DNA of 64,000 nt from Gemmatimonadota bacterium (lineage in GTDB: Bacteria; Gemmatimonadota; Gemmatimonadetes; Palauibacterales; Palauibacteraceae), in contig JBDHBD010000013.1 of the NCBI GenBank assembly GCA_039587755.1, positions 1,300 through 65,299 on the forward strand, given 5' to 3'. Below the pieces are notes generated by a model. It had not been told where the DNA came from. It did no database searches and saw only the letters and a list, made by a program, of their open reading frames with translations. The number at the start of each line of letters is the position of its first letter. Positions within the stretch are counted from its first letter, which is position 1. Shown here in pieces: positions 18,769 through 29,162 of the stretch. A program made the translations under genes and the position numbers.

Positions 18769-18809
18769 GCTGTGTGGTGCGCGGGGGACTGGCAGATCCC
18801 CGGGCGGCG

Positions 18810-20642
18810 CTACAAGCCGGCCGCGGCTGCGGCGGCTGCCAGCTGATCCCTGAAGTCGCGCACTTCCGCAGTGGTACGCAGCGCGTCGAGCCACTGCTGC
18901 ACATAAACCTGCCGCCGCTGGAACGTCATCTGCTGCCGTAAACCATCTCGAATCTGCTCAAACTCTTCTGTCGTAACAGACTCTTTGTCAACAAGTTGCA
19001 ATATGGCCAAGAAGTCACCGGCGTCCACGACTCCGCTGAGCTGGCCGACATCCAGGCCGAACGCCACGCCGATCGCCTCGGTCCCCTGACCGAGGCCCGG
19101 CACGAAGTCGAGCCGGTTGAAGGTCACGCTGTCCTGCATTACCCAGCCGGGGCGGTCGGCGAATTCTTCAAAGGTAGCCCCGGCCTCGAGCGCATTCACG
19201 ACCTCTCCTGCAAGCTGGCGGGCCCGCTCCTTCCGCTTCTCGCCGCGAAGCCGCCGCTCGATGTCGGTCTCCACTTCTTCCAGGGAGTACACACCGGCCG
19301 GCGCCCGATCCAGCAGCTCCACCACGTGATAGGCCGTCGGCGTTTGGAAGAACTGGCTCAGGTCTCCAGGCACGGTTTCCAGATCCAGGGCCCACTCGAC
19401 CGCCACACCGAGTGCACCGGCTCCAGGAACGAATCCGGAGCCTTCGGTGAGAACGACATCTCGCCTCACCTGGATCCCGAGCGAGTCTGCCGCAATCACC
19501 AGGTCGGCCATCAGCGCGATACCCTCCAGCTCGTCCATCGCATCGAATACGACGTCCTCCGTCTCGGGCGAGAGCTCGACGGGGACGAGAATGCGACGGA
19601 CACTGACGGTGTCGCCCGACCGCGAATCCACGCGGAGTATCTGATGTCCGAAGGGTGTGAGGACCGGTTCGGACACTCCTCCTGGCCCAAGCGAGAACGC
19701 CAGCTCCTCGATCGCAGGGTCCAGCTCTCCGCGCAGCCGCGGGCCGAGGTTGCCGCCGTTTTCTCGCGTGGCCGAGTCGGCCGACGCCGCTCGGGCTACG
19801 TCTTCGAACGTCGCATCCCCAGCCACGATGGCCTGGTAAAGCGAGTCGGCGCGCTGGCGCGCTGCGACAGAATCGTCGCCCGAAGGTCGGATCGGGAGGC
19901 TAACGAGATTGACGGTCGCCGTGGCCGGCCGCGCGAAATCGTCCTGACGGTCACGGTAATCCGCACGAATCTCTGCATCCGTCACCTGGACCGCGCTGTC
20001 CGCGACCTCTTCGGCCGGATCGATGCTGAGGAGACGCACCGTGACGGTTTCACGACCGTCCCGGAAAGACTGCCATAACTCTGCTTCCGACACGACTACG
20101 CCGTCCGCGATCATGTTGATTAGCCGCTCGCGCGGCAGCGTCTCCCGGTAGTAACCCTCGAGCTGAAGAAGTAGCGTCTCGTCGACGGCCGGACCGACGA
20201 AGTACTGGCGGTACTTCTCGATGTCGAACTGCCCGTCGGTTTGGAAGGCCGGGTGAGTCAGGAACTCTGGCGGCGGCTGGTTGCGGAACGCGTCTCTTAT
20301 CTCGCGATCGGAAACGCGAATGCCCAGACGATCGATCTCCTGTTCCAGCAGGATTCCGGAAATCATCTCGTTCCACGCGCCGTCACGCACGAGCCGCACC
20401 TCTTCGTCCGTCAGGCCGGATGGTCGCTGCTGCCGGGCCAGCGTCAGCTGATTCTGGAGGTACAGGTTCCACTGCGAGTACCTCACGTCGCGGCCGCGAA
20501 CACTGGCCACGATCGGGTTTGCCTCGGCGACGCCGGCTCCCCCGCGACTCGTGACCCAGTCGAGCACCAGCCAACCGACGAACGCGATTGACAGCATCAG
20601 CATTACCCACTTCGCGCTGTCGCGCATCGACCGCATTACCAT
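18810..20642 (-). CDS. ppiD: Membrane-anchored periplasmic chaperone / peptidyl-prolyl isomerase (PpiD/SurA family)
   Basis: N-terminal TM WVMLMLSIAFVGWLVLDWV, SurA_N-like chaperone domain, and a PPIase (parvulin) domain. The longer ORF extension to 20771 is judged non-coding; start placed at MVMRSMRD. Confidence 0.7.
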   Translation of the reverse strand: MVMRSMRDSAKWVMLMLSIAFVGWLVLDWVTSRGGAGVAEANPIVASVRGRDVRYSQWNLYLQNQLTLARQQRPSGLTDEEVRLVRDGAWNEMISGILLEQEIDRLGIRVSDREIRDAFRNQPPPEFLTHPAFQTDGQFDIEKYRQYFVGPAVDETLLLQLEGYYRETLPRERLINMIADGVVVSEAELWQSFRDGRETVTVRLLSIDPAEEVADSAVQVTDAEIRADYRDRQDDFARPATATVNLVSLPIRPSGDDSVAARQRADSLYQAIVAGDATFEDVARAASADSATRENGGNLGPRLRGELDPAIEELAFSLGPGGVSEPVLTPFGHQILRVDSRSGDTVSVRRILVPVELSPETEDVVFDAMDELEGIALMADLVIAADSLGIQVRRDVVLTEGSGFVPGAGALGVAVEWALDLETVPGDLSQFFQTPTAYHVVELLDRAPAGVYSLEEVETDIERRLRGEKRKERARQLAGEVVNALEAGATFEEFADRPGWVMQDSVTFNRLDFVPGLGQGTEAIGVAFGLDVGQLSGVVDAGDFLAILQLVDKESVTTEEFEQIRDGLRQQMTFQRRQVYVQQWLDALRTTAEVRDFRDQLAAAAAAAGL

Positions 20643-20869
20643 CTTCGGATCTCTGCCTCCACCTTTGTCTGATTGCGCGTGGCTTGCACAAACGCCAAGC
20701 GGCCGGAGACCGGCCGCCACTTCCCAGTGTAGAAGGTCCGCAACGTATCCACGTTCCCCAAGACCTGGCAAACGAGGGACGTCGTCAGATTCGCATCTGA
20801 AAAAGCCGGTCCGTAAGTTTTTGCTGTTCGAACTGTCGTATACCCGGAAGTGTCCGGACTGCTTCCCTC

Positions 20870-21916
20870 ATGAGCATGTCTCTGAACTCGACATCTGCGG
20901 ACGAGATTCGGTCCCTCGAACGACGTGTCGCCAGCGATCCCGCCGGTCTCGTCTTTGCGCGGCTTGCCGATGCGTACCGCAAGGCCGGATTGCTCACGCG
21001 AGCGCTCGAGGTCGTCGAGCGTGGTCTGCACCGTCATCCTGACTACCTGAACGCGCGTCTCGTGCGAGCCCGGGTTCTTCGAGATCTCGGTCACCGAGCG
21101 GACGCGGTGACGGCTTTCGAGGCCGTCCTCGATATCGACGTGTCCAACCAGGTGGCCCTCCGTGCGCTTGGCGACCTGGCCGGAGAAACGGGCGACTTCG
21201 CGGCGGCCCGCATGTGGTACGCCCGACTCCTGGAAGCTGAACCTTTCGCGGAAGAACCGGTCAGGGCGCTCCTGGACCGTCTCCCCGCCCCGGTGGAGGC
21301 CGTGGCACCCTCGCCCGCAGCGGTTTTGCGCGACGAGCAGCGACGGGTTGAGCGGCAGACGGCGGCCACCGTGCCGGATGCGGCCACCGTGCCGGAGGCG
21401 ACCGGCGTGCCGGAAGCGGCCACTGCGCCCGCGCTTGCGCCGGCGGGTGAGGAGACGACCAAAGCGGCGGAGGCGGCAGTGAAAGAACCAGTCGAGGCGG
21501 CGCGAGAAGAAGTGACGGAGGTGCCCGAGGACACGCCGGAGGGGTCCACCGGCGAGCTTATGACGCCCACCCTGGCCGATCTCTATCTGGAGCAGGGCCT
21601 TGTGGACGAAGCGATCCGGATCTACGAGCGACTCATGGTCCGTCGACCCGACGATCTGGGGCTGGCAGAGAGGCTGGAGGCCGCGCGGGCGCGGGCAGCC
21701 AGACGACCGTCGACTCCCCAGGGGAAGGCTGGCGCCGCCACGCCCGATGAACCCGAGGACACCTCGCGCACGGCAGGTCGTGAGGAAGCGCCCCGAGGCC
21801 CGTCGATTCGGCGCTACCTGGACGACCTGATCGAAGGTCGGCCCGGCGGAGATTCGCCTCAGGCGGACCGAGGCGACCGGTTCGAGCGCTGGCTGCGAGC
21901 CATTCGGGGGGTGTGA
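20870..21916 (+). CDS. Tetratricopeptide repeat protein with a Pro/Ala/Glu-rich linker
   Basis: TPR-like helices (AGLVFARLADAYRKAGLLTRALEVVERGLHRHPDYLNARLVRARVL…; LADLYLEQGLVDEAIRIYERLMVRRPDD). Central low-complexity VPEATGVPEAATAPALAPAGEETTKAAE. Confidence 0.55.
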   Translation: MSMSLNSTSADEIRSLERRVASDPAGLVFARLADAYRKAGLLTRALEVVERGLHRHPDYLNARLVRARVLRDLGHRADAVTAFEAVLDIDVSNQVALRALGDLAGETGDFAAARMWYARLLEAEPFAEEPVRALLDRLPAPVEAVAPSPAAVLRDEQRRVERQTAATVPDAATVPEATGVPEAATAPALAPAGEETTKAAEAAVKEPVEAAREEVTEVPEDTPEGSTGELMTPTLADLYLEQGLVDEAIRIYERLMVRRPDDLGLAERLEAARARAARRPSTPQGKAGAATPDEPEDTSRTAGREEAPRGPSIRRYLDDLIEGRPGGDSPQADRGDRFERWLRAIRGV

Positions 21917-21920
21917 CAGG

Positions 21921-22355
21921 TTGCGGATCGGGGTTGTGAACGGCCCGAAGCTCGACCTCCTCGGCCAGCGCAACCCGGCGCATTACGGGCAACGGACACT
22001 CCCCGAGATCGAGGGACTGCTCACTGAGCGGGCTCGGTCCCAGGATGTACGGCTCGCCTTCTTCCAGGCCGACGACGAGGGGAGGCTGGTTCACTGGATC
22101 GCGAACGAGGCGCCCTCCGTCGATGGCTGGCTGGTCAATGCGGGCCGCCTCACACACACCAGCCACGCTCTTCGCGACGCGCTCGGTTCGGCCGGAAAAC
22201 CGTTCGTCGAGCTACACCTCTCTAACGTGTACAGCCGAGAGACGTTCCGTCGTACGTCCGTGCTGGCGGATCTGGCGGTCGGGGTCATCGCGGGGTTCAA
22301 GGAGAACAGCTACCTGCTGGCGCTCGACGCCCTGATCGCGCACCTGGCGAGCTAG
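21921..22355 (+). CDS. aroQ: 3-dehydroquinate dehydratase, type II
   Basis: …IGVVNGPKLDLLGQRNPAHYGQRTLPEIEGLL…FFQADDEGRLVHWI…HTSHALRDAL… matches type II DHQase. TTG start. Confidence 0.85.
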   Translation: MRIGVVNGPKLDLLGQRNPAHYGQRTLPEIEGLLTERARSQDVRLAFFQADDEGRLVHWIANEAPSVDGWLVNAGRLTHTSHALRDALGSAGKPFVELHLSNVYSRETFRRTSVLADLAVGVIAGFKENSYLLALDALIAHLAS

Positions 22356-22357
22356 CG

Positions 22358-23467
22358 GTGGAGAACGGAACCGGCTCCGCCGCGACGCTCCACGAGTCTC
22401 GACTGGAGCGACTTCGCCTCGGGCTCCGCGATGTCGGCATGGACGGATTGCTCGTGGGTCGGCCCGCCAACGTGCGCTATCTGTGCGGATTCTCGGGATC
22501 GAGCGGTCTTCTCCTCGTGCTCGCCGACGACCGCGCTTGCCTGATCACGGACTTTCGCTACGAGGAACAGGCGGCCGAGGAGCTACCTCCGGTCACCGCG
22601 TTGTGGCTCGCTTGTGATGGCCTGTTCGACGAGCTAGGAGCCCGTCTGGATCAACGGGGCACAGACCTCGAGCTCGGGTTCGAGGGCGATTGGCTGACTG
22701 TACGAGCGAGCCGCGAGCTGCGGGAAAAAGCCGCTCGCGCACACTGGGAAGAGGCGGCTGACTTCGCCGCCCAACTGCGGGCCGTGAAGGACGCCCACGA
22801 GCTGACCCTCCTCCAGACGGCAGGAGAGATGGCCGAACGCGCGCTGCGGGCCACCCTCGAGGAAATCGAGGAAGGGATGACGGAGCAGCAACTGGATGCT
22901 GTGCTCCAGTATCGCTTGCGGCTGGAAGGATCCGGCCCGTTGCCGTTCGAGCCGATCGTAGCGAGCGGACCGAGAAGCTCTCTGCCGCACGCGGCACCGG
23001 GTGAGAGACGACTTCGAGAGGGCGACCTGCTTCTGCTGGATTTCGGAGCGTCGGTCGAAGGCTACGTATCGGATATCACGAGGACGTTCGCGCTGGGTAG
23101 GGCCCGGCCGTGGCAGACGGAGATCCACGAAGCGGTGATGGAGGCGCAGTCGGCGGCGCTCGACGCGCTGGAGCCAGGGCGTCGTGCGAGCGAGGTGGAT
23201 GAGACTGCCCGTGGCGTGTTGGCCGCGCACGGGCTCGGCGATCGATTCGGCCACAGCACCGGCCACGGAATCGGACTCGAAGTGCACGAGGCACCGCGGC
23301 TTGCGCGCAGGTCGGACGATGTGCTGGAGGTTGGCCACGTGGTCACGATCGAGCCGGGCGTGTATCTTCCGGCTCAGGGCGGGGTGCGGATCGAGGATGA
23401 TGTGGTGGTGGACGCGCAGGGTCCGCGGCTGCTCACCCACCTGAGCCGCGACCTGATCGAGTTGTAG
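22358..23467 (+). CDS. pepP: Xaa-Pro aminopeptidase / M24-family metallopeptidase
   Basis: Creatinase_N-like N-terminus. M24 catalytic region HGLGDRFGHSTGHGIGLEVHEAP…VTIEPGVYLP…GVRIEDDVVV. Conserved aroQ-pepP-efp synteny. Confidence 0.85.
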   Translation: MENGTGSAATLHESRLERLRLGLRDVGMDGLLVGRPANVRYLCGFSGSSGLLLVLADDRACLITDFRYEEQAAEELPPVTALWLACDGLFDELGARLDQRGTDLELGFEGDWLTVRASRELREKAARAHWEEAADFAAQLRAVKDAHELTLLQTAGEMAERALRATLEEIEEGMTEQQLDAVLQYRLRLEGSGPLPFEPIVASGPRSSLPHAAPGERRLREGDLLLLDFGASVEGYVSDITRTFALGRARPWQTEIHEAVMEAQSAALDALEPGRRASEVDETARGVLAAHGLGDRFGHSTGHGIGLEVHEAPRLARRSDDVLEVGHVVTIEPGVYLPAQGGVRIEDDVVVDAQGPRLLTHLSRDLIEL

Positions 23468-23483
23468 CAGAGTTTTTCGACTT

Positions 23484-24050
23484 ATGGCCGACACATCTGA
23501 TTTTCGCAACGGGATGGTGATCGAGCTCGACGGGACGCTGTTCACGATTACGTATTTCCAGCACGTGAAGCCGGGGAAGGGCGGAGCGTTCGTCCGGACG
23601 AAGCTCAAGAACGTCCTCACGGGTTCAGTGCTGGACAAGACGTTTCGCGCGGGCGAGCGGGTCACCGAGGTTCGGCTGGAGCGCCGGCCCATTCAATACA
23701 GCTACCAGGATGGCGGACTCTACTACTTCATGGAGATGGAGACGTACGAGATGATCCCGCTGGCGCCCGGGGCGATCGGCGAGGATCAGCTGCAATACCT
23801 CGAAGAAAACATGGTGTGTGAGGGTCTGACACGGGACGGGAACGTTCTGGCTGTCGAGCTCCCGCAGCACGTGGAGCTGGAGATCAGCGAGACGGAGCCG
23901 GGCGTGCGCGGCGATACGGCCCAGGGCGGGACGAAACGGGCCAAGCTGGCCACAGGTGCCGTCGTACAGGTCCCGCTGTTCATAGAAGTGGGGGACGTGA
24001 TCCGTGTGGACCGCACGGTAGACAAGTACATCACGAGGGTCTCTTCATGA
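23484..24050 (+). CDS. efp: Translation elongation factor P
   Basis: [47 protein letters not shown] is the canonical EF-P N-terminus, including the KPGKG loop. Confidence 0.95.
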   Translation: MADTSDFRNGMVIELDGTLFTITYFQHVKPGKGGAFVRTKLKNVLTGSVLDKTFRAGERVTEVRLERRPIQYSYQDGGLYYFMEMETYEMIPLAPGAIGEDQLQYLEENMVCEGLTRDGNVLAVELPQHVELEISETEPGVRGDTAQGGTKRAKLATGAVVQVPLFIEVGDVIRVDRTVDKYITRVSS

Positions 24051-24568
24051 AGCGGATGGAGTGGATCCGGCGCCTCATGCGCGTCGTCGAAGAATCGGAC
24101 ATCGACACGCTCGAGGTGTCGCGCTTCGGCACGCGGGTTCGAATCTCCAAGTCGCCAGCCGTCCAGGTGGTCGGTACGGCGACCGGTGGTCCGACGGCCT
24201 CGGCCCCGACGGAGGTACCGCCCGTTTCGACAGGAAGTGGGGAAGTCGCGGGCAGCTTGACGGCCGAGGGCCGAGCCGTCGCAGGAGAAGTCGAACAGTC
24301 CGGGTCGGCCGACGGGTCCGTCGCCGAGATCACCTCGCCGATGGTCGGCACGTTTTACCGGGCGCCGGCACCAGATGCCCCACCGTACGTGGAGGTCGGT
24401 GACCGGATCGTCGAAGGGCAGACGTTGTGCATCCTCGAGGCCATGAAGCTCATGAACGAGCTCGAATCCGACGTGGCCGGAGTCGTGCGCGAAATCGCGG
24501 TGCAGAACGCCGAACCGGTCGAGTACGGGGAGCTTCTCTTCCGGATCGAGCCCGACGGCACGGGCTGA
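24047..24568 (+). CDS. accB: Acetyl-CoA carboxylase biotin carboxyl carrier protein
   Basis: Biotinyl domain with EAMKLMNEL (AMKM-type biotinylation motif) and a Pro/Ala-rich linker. ATGA overlap with efp. Confidence 0.9.
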   Translation: MKRMEWIRRLMRVVEESDIDTLEVSRFGTRVRISKSPAVQVVGTATGGPTASAPTEVPPVSTGSGEVAGSLTAEGRAVAGEVEQSGSADGSVAEITSPMVGTFYRAPAPDAPPYVEVGDRIVEGQTLCILEAMKLMNELESDVAGVVREIAVQNAEPVEYGELLFRIEPDGTG

Positions 24569-24574
24569 GCGACG

Positions 24575-25918
24575 TTGTTCCGCAAGATCCTCATCGCGAA
24601 TCGCGGAGAGATCGCGCTCCGCATTATCCGCGCCTGCCGTGAGCTGGATATCCCGACCGTTGCCGTCTACTCGGAGCCGGATCGGGACTCGCTGCACGTT
24701 CGGTTCTCCGATGAGGACGTTTGCGTCGGCCCCGGCCCCAGCCGCGACAGTTACCTGAACGTGCCCCAGATCATCGCCGCCGCCGAAGTGACGGGTGCCG
24801 AGGCGATTCACCCGGGGTACGGCTTCCTCGCCGAGAACGCCGAGTTCTCGGAGATCTGCGCGCACACGGGCATCACCTTTATCGGACCCACGGCCGAACA
24901 GATTCGACGAATGGGCGACAAGGCGGAAGCGCGCCGAACCATGGAGGGCGCAGGTGTCCCGGTAGTCCCGGGATCGGCCGGTCCGGTCGACGATGAGAGC
25001 GCAGCGCTCGAAGAGGCGAACCGTCTGGGCTTCCCGGTGATCATCAAGGCCACGGCGGGCGGCGGCGGGAAGGGGATGCGGGTCGCGTTCAACGAGGACG
25101 ACTTTCGGCGCGCCTTCCCAATGGCTCGCACGGAGGCCGAGGCCGCGTTTCACGATGATACGGTCTACCTGGAGAAGTTTCTGGAACGGCCTCGACACGT
25201 GGAGATTCAGGTGCTTGGCGACCAGCACGGCCGGGTGATCCACCTGGGCGAGAGAGACTGCTCTTTGCAGCGCCGGCACCAGAAGCTGGTCGAGGAAGCA
25301 CCGAGTCCTGCCGTGTCCGATGAGCTCCGCTCGGCTATGGGCGAGGCGGCCGTCAAGGGTGCCCGTGCGATCGGATACGAAGGGGCCGGCACGGTTGAGT
25401 TCCTCGTGGCCGAGGGCCGGTTCTACTTCATGGAGATGAATACTCGGATCCAGGTCGAGCACCCGGTGACCGAGCTGGTCACGGCGACAGACCTGGTCAA
25501 ATGGCAGATCAAGGTCGCCGCAGGGGAGGCGCTGGACATTCCCGAGTCCCTCTCGCTCCGCGGTCACGCGATCGAGTGCCGCATCAACGCGGAAGACCCT
25601 GAGCACGACTTCCGACCCTCTCCCGGTCAGATCACTGCGTTTCACGCGCCGGGAGGACCCGGTGTCCGCGTCGATACGCACGTGTACGCCGGGTACGTGG
25701 TACCGCCCTACTATGACTCGCTCCTCGCCAAGCTGGTTGTCCACGGAAACACCCGGGAAGAGGCGCGGATCCGCAGCTATCACGCGCTGGAGGAGTTCAT
25801 CATCGAAGGCGTGCACACCACGATCCCGTTTCTGCGGACGTTGCTGAGCCATTCCGACTTCGAAGCGGGTCGAGTGGACACTGGGTTCGTGGAGCGGTTG
25901 CAGGCAGGCCACGCCTGA
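24575..25918 (+). CDS. accC: Acetyl-CoA carboxylase biotin carboxylase subunit
   Basis: [33 protein letters not shown]… ATP-grasp. [14 protein letters not shown]. Length 447 aa. Confidence 0.95.
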   Translation: MFRKILIANRGEIALRIIRACRELDIPTVAVYSEPDRDSLHVRFSDEDVCVGPGPSRDSYLNVPQIIAAAEVTGAEAIHPGYGFLAENAEFSEICAHTGITFIGPTAEQIRRMGDKAEARRTMEGAGVPVVPGSAGPVDDESAALEEANRLGFPVIIKATAGGGGKGMRVAFNEDDFRRAFPMARTEAEAAFHDDTVYLEKFLERPRHVEIQVLGDQHGRVIHLGERDCSLQRRHQKLVEEAPSPAVSDELRSAMGEAAVKGARAIGYEGAGTVEFLVAEGRFYFMEMNTRIQVEHPVTELVTATDLVKWQIKVAAGEALDIPESLSLRGHAIECRINAEDPEHDFRPSPGQITAFHAPGGPGVRVDTHVYAGYVVPPYYDSLLAKLVVHGNTREEARIRSYHALEEFIIEGVHTTIPFLRTLLSHSDFEAGRVDTGFVERLQAGHA

Positions 25919-25937
25919 CGCCCGGAGGCTGAAGGGA

Positions 25938-28190
25938 ATGGGAGAGCGTCAGCGTCAGGAAGCGCTCGGAATCGGGCTGGTGTTCCTCGGCCTGCTGCTG
26001 GTTCTTTCGATCATCAGTCCACTGCTGATCGAACCTCCACGAAATCTCATCGGTCCGGCGGGCGCTGCTCTGCAACGGGGCGGGGCGGTCGCGTTTGGTC
26101 TTGCCGCCGTGTTGGTCGCCGTGCCGGCCTTTGCCTGGGGCGTCCATCTGATGAACGCAGCCAGCCGGGAGACCGCCTGGCGCATGACCACGCTGGCGGT
26201 GGGGCTCCTCGTGCTCATACCGGTCGCCCACTGGCTCTTCGCGACGGGCGAAGACACGGTGGAGTCAGTCGGCTGGTGGGGTGGCATTGCCGGAGCGGTT
26301 CTGGTCACCGTGTTCGGTCGGTTCGGCACCACTCTGGTGCTGATCGGCCTCGCCGTCGTGCTGATGGTCGCCACGCTCGGGATCTCGACGCCCACCGCAC
26401 TGCGGTCCGCGATCAGCTGGTTGGGGCAGGGTGCACGGAGTTTGGCGCGGGGAGTGGCTTGGTTGTGGCAGGCCGCGACCGACGTGTTCCGCGGGTCTGC
26501 CGATACCCTCGAGTCCACACCCTGGGAAGATGCGGAGCTCGGGTTGGAGGCTACGGAAGCCGGTGCGGACGAGCTTCCACCGGAAGACGCCGTTGCCCAA
26601 GCAGAAACCGACGAGTCCGCCGCTGCGTCACCGGCCCTCTTCGATCCCGGCGATCTGTCGGAAATGGAGCTGCCTCCTATCGATCTGCTGGACGAACCGG
26701 GGCGACAGTCGGCCGGCCTCGAGAAGCAGGAACTGAAGTCGCTGGGCGACATCCTGGTCGACAAGCTGGCGACGTTTCGAATCGACGGGCGGATCGGAGG
26801 GTGGACGACCGGTCCCGTCGTCACCCAGTTCGAGGTCGTGCCGGCCGCCGGTGTGAAAGTGGGGCAGATCGCCGCGCGGGCCGACGACCTCGCGCTGGCA
26901 CTGCGGGCGCCTTCCGTCCGGATCGTAGCCCCGATTCCGGGCAAGGGTGCGGTGGGCGTGGAGGTGCCCAACCCGGAGCCGGAGATCGTCTTGCTGCGAG
27001 ACGTGCTCGAGTCTGCGGCCTACCAGCGCTCACGAGCGACGCTTCCACTCGCGCTCGGACGCGATCTGTCGGGTCGGCCGCGCTGTGCCGATCTCACCCG
27101 GATGCCACACCTGCTGATCGCCGGGTCCACCGGAACAGGGAAGTCCATCTGCATCAACTCGATCATCACCAGCCTCATATTCCGCTACTCCCCGAGCGAG
27201 CTCCGCATGCTGATGATCGACCCCAAGATGGTCGAGCTAAGCGTGTACAACGATCTGCCCCATCTCCGGCACCCCGTGGTGACGGACAATGAGGATGCCG
27301 CCTCCGTGTTCAAGTGGGGAGTGTTCGAGATGCGGCGTCGCTTCGGCCTGCTGTCGGCCAACGCGTGCCGCAACGTGGCAGAGTTCAACCGTCGCGTGTG
27401 GGAGCAGCGGGAGATGGTCGCCGCGCGGCCACGGCTCTCACCCTCCGGAGAAGAGCTGGACGTACGTCCCTACGAGGAGGGACAACTTCCCTACGTCGTC
27501 CTGCTGATCGATGAGCTGGCCGATCTGATCATGACGGTCCAGTCGGAGGTCGAGACACCCCTCGCGATGCTGGCTCAGAAGGCCCGCGCGGTGGGAGTCC
27601 ATCTGGTCGTCGCGACCCAGCGCCCCTCCGTGAACGTCATCACGGGCCTGATCAAGGCGAACTTCCCGAGTCGCATCGCGTTTCGGGTCGCTTCGAAGAC
27701 GGACAGTCGGACGATCCTGGATCAGAACGGTGCCGAGAGCTTGCTGGGCAACGGCGACATGCTCTTCCTTCCGCCCGGCGAGGCGGATCCAGTGCGGATC
27801 CAGGGTGCGTTCGTATCCAGCGATGAGACGGAGCGACTTCTGGATTGGTACCGGAAGAGGGCCGTTGCGCGGGAGGCAGAAGCGGGCGAGGAGCGAGACA
27901 TACTCGAGGTCGTCCGCGAGCTGGAGGAAGAGGAGACCCGGGTCGACGTGGCTGACGACGTGCTGGCCGATCGTGACGAGCTGTTTCGGCAAGCGGCGGA
28001 GATCGTGATCACGAACGAGGCCGGCTCTACCAGCCTGTTGCAGCGTCGACTCAAGATCGGCTACGGTCGAGCTGCCCGAATAATCGACCAGCTACACGAC
28101 GCAGGCATCGTCGGGCCAGCTGACGGCTCGAAGCCGCGCGACGTGCTGCTTCGACTGCAGGACCTGGACGGCTTTCTGGCGGACGAGTAG
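25938..28190 (+). CDS. ftsK: DNA translocase FtsK/SpoIIIE
   Basis: N-terminal polytopic membrane domain. Acidic linker. Motor domain with Walker A LLIAGSTGTGKSICINS. C-terminal gamma (winged-helix) domain …RRLKIGYGRAARIIDQL. Confidence 0.9.
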   Translation: MGERQRQEALGIGLVFLGLLLVLSIISPLLIEPPRNLIGPAGAALQRGGAVAFGLAAVLVAVPAFAWGVHLMNAASRETAWRMTTLAVGLLVLIPVAHWLFATGEDTVESVGWWGGIAGAVLVTVFGRFGTTLVLIGLAVVLMVATLGISTPTALRSAISWLGQGARSLARGVAWLWQAATDVFRGSADTLESTPWEDAELGLEATEAGADELPPEDAVAQAETDESAAASPALFDPGDLSEMELPPIDLLDEPGRQSAGLEKQELKSLGDILVDKLATFRIDGRIGGWTTGPVVTQFEVVPAAGVKVGQIAARADDLALALRAPSVRIVAPIPGKGAVGVEVPNPEPEIVLLRDVLESAAYQRSRATLPLALGRDLSGRPRCADLTRMPHLLIAGSTGTGKSICINSIITSLIFRYSPSELRMLMIDPKMVELSVYNDLPHLRHPVVTDNEDAASVFKWGVFEMRRRFGLLSANACRNVAEFNRRVWEQREMVAARPRLSPSGEELDVRPYEEGQLPYVVLLIDELADLIMTVQSEVETPLAMLAQKARAVGVHLVVATQRPSVNVITGLIKANFPSRIAFRVASKTDSRTILDQNGAESLLGNGDMLFLPPGEADPVRIQGAFVSSDETERLLDWYRKRAVAREAEAGEERDILEVVRELEEEETRVDVADDVLADRDELFRQAAEIVITNEAGSTSLLQRRLKIGYGRAARIIDQLHDAGIVGPADGSKPRDVLLRLQDLDGFLADE

Positions 28191-28247
28191 GTGTCGATCG
28201 GGCGGCCGTCAGGAACGGCCGTTCAGCACTCCGGGTACAGTCGCGCC

Positions 28248-29162
28248 ATGGCTGCACAGGTTCTGGATTTCTCGCGCCACCTGCGCGTGTGGTGGGTCGC
28301 CGTAGCCGTGATCGGCATCGCGGGCGCCACGGGGTGCGGGGAGGTTCGCGAAGCGGATGTCTCGGCCTACGAGCGCCTGTCACATAAGGTCGCCGACACC
28401 GTCCGGACGGTGGACTCCACGTCGTCGGTCACGACGAGCGGCGAAGAAAGCCCACCGAGTGACGATCGCGTGTCCGAGAGCGCCGATCCAGCCCCGCCCG
28501 TCGAAGACCTGCCGCCCGAAGCCGGAGGCACGCCGGCGGGTGACGCCCCATCGGAATCCGGCCAGGAAGTCGATGTCGACCTTTTACTGAGGATCGCGGA
28601 CGAGGCCTACGCCGCCCTACCGTCCCTCCGCGCCAGCTTTCACCAGGTGATCGACGTCCCTCTTCTCGAACGACGCCGGGAGGGCCACGGCACGTGGTAT
28701 CAGAAGGGGCGGAGCCGCTTCAAGATGGATTTCGACGATCCGCCGGAAGACGAGATCGTGGCGGACGGGACCTACCTATGGCTCTTCTACCCGAGCACCA
28801 ACCCACGCCAGGTCATTCGATCCCGTCTCGGCGCGTCGGGAACCGGATCCGGAACGGCCGACGTGCTCGCCAGGATCCTGGAAGAGGCGCGCACCAACTA
28901 TGAGGGGCAGTACGTGGGCTCCGAGACCTTGGATGGTGTCACGACCCACATCGTGAGCCTGCGGCCTACCACGCGCTCTCAATACCGACTCGTGCGCGTG
29001 TGGATCGCCGCCCGGGACAACCTCGTCCGCAAGTTCGAGATCACAGAAGAGAACGAGACCGTGCGAACCGTGACGCTTGCCGCGCTTGAGCCTGGCGCCA
29101 CGCTGCCAGATTCGCTCTTTCGCTTCGTCCCGCCCGCCGACACCGACGTGTTCGAAGGATGA
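28248..29162 (+). CDS. lolA: LolA-like outer-membrane lipoprotein carrier protein with an acidic N-terminal extension
   Basis: Signal LRVWWVAVAVIGIAGATGC. C-terminal roughly 180 aa resemble the LolA fold (…GTYLWLFYPSTNPRQVIRS…). Conserved ftsK-lolA synteny. Start is uncertain (ORF begins at 28191). Confidence 0.55.
   Translation: MAAQVLDFSRHLRVWWVAVAVIGIAGATGCGEVREADVSAYERLSHKVADTVRTVDSTSSVTTSGEESPPSDDRVSESADPAPPVEDLPPEAGGTPAGDAPSESGQEVDVDLLLRIADEAYAALPSLRASFHQVIDVPLLERRREGHGTWYQKGRSRFKMDFDDPPEDEIVADGTYLWLFYPSTNPRQVIRSRLGASGTGSGTADVLARILEEARTNYEGQYVGSETLDGVTTHIVSLRPTTRSQYRLVRVWIAARDNLVRKFEITEENETVRTVTLAALEPGATLPDSLFRFVPPADTDVFEG

Noticed and set aside
18769-18809. Candidate bidirectional terminator between convergent tatA and ppiD (gggga-ctggcaga-tcccc)
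   Set aside because: It has only a 5-bp stem and no U-tract. This is too weak to call from sequence alone.
20643-20771. N-terminal 43-aa extension of the ppiD ORF (MPGLGERGYVADLLHWEV…)
   Set aside because: PpiD-family proteins begin with a short cytoplasmic tail followed directly by the TM helix. MVMRSMRDSAKWVMLML fits that pattern, and the upstream extension does not.
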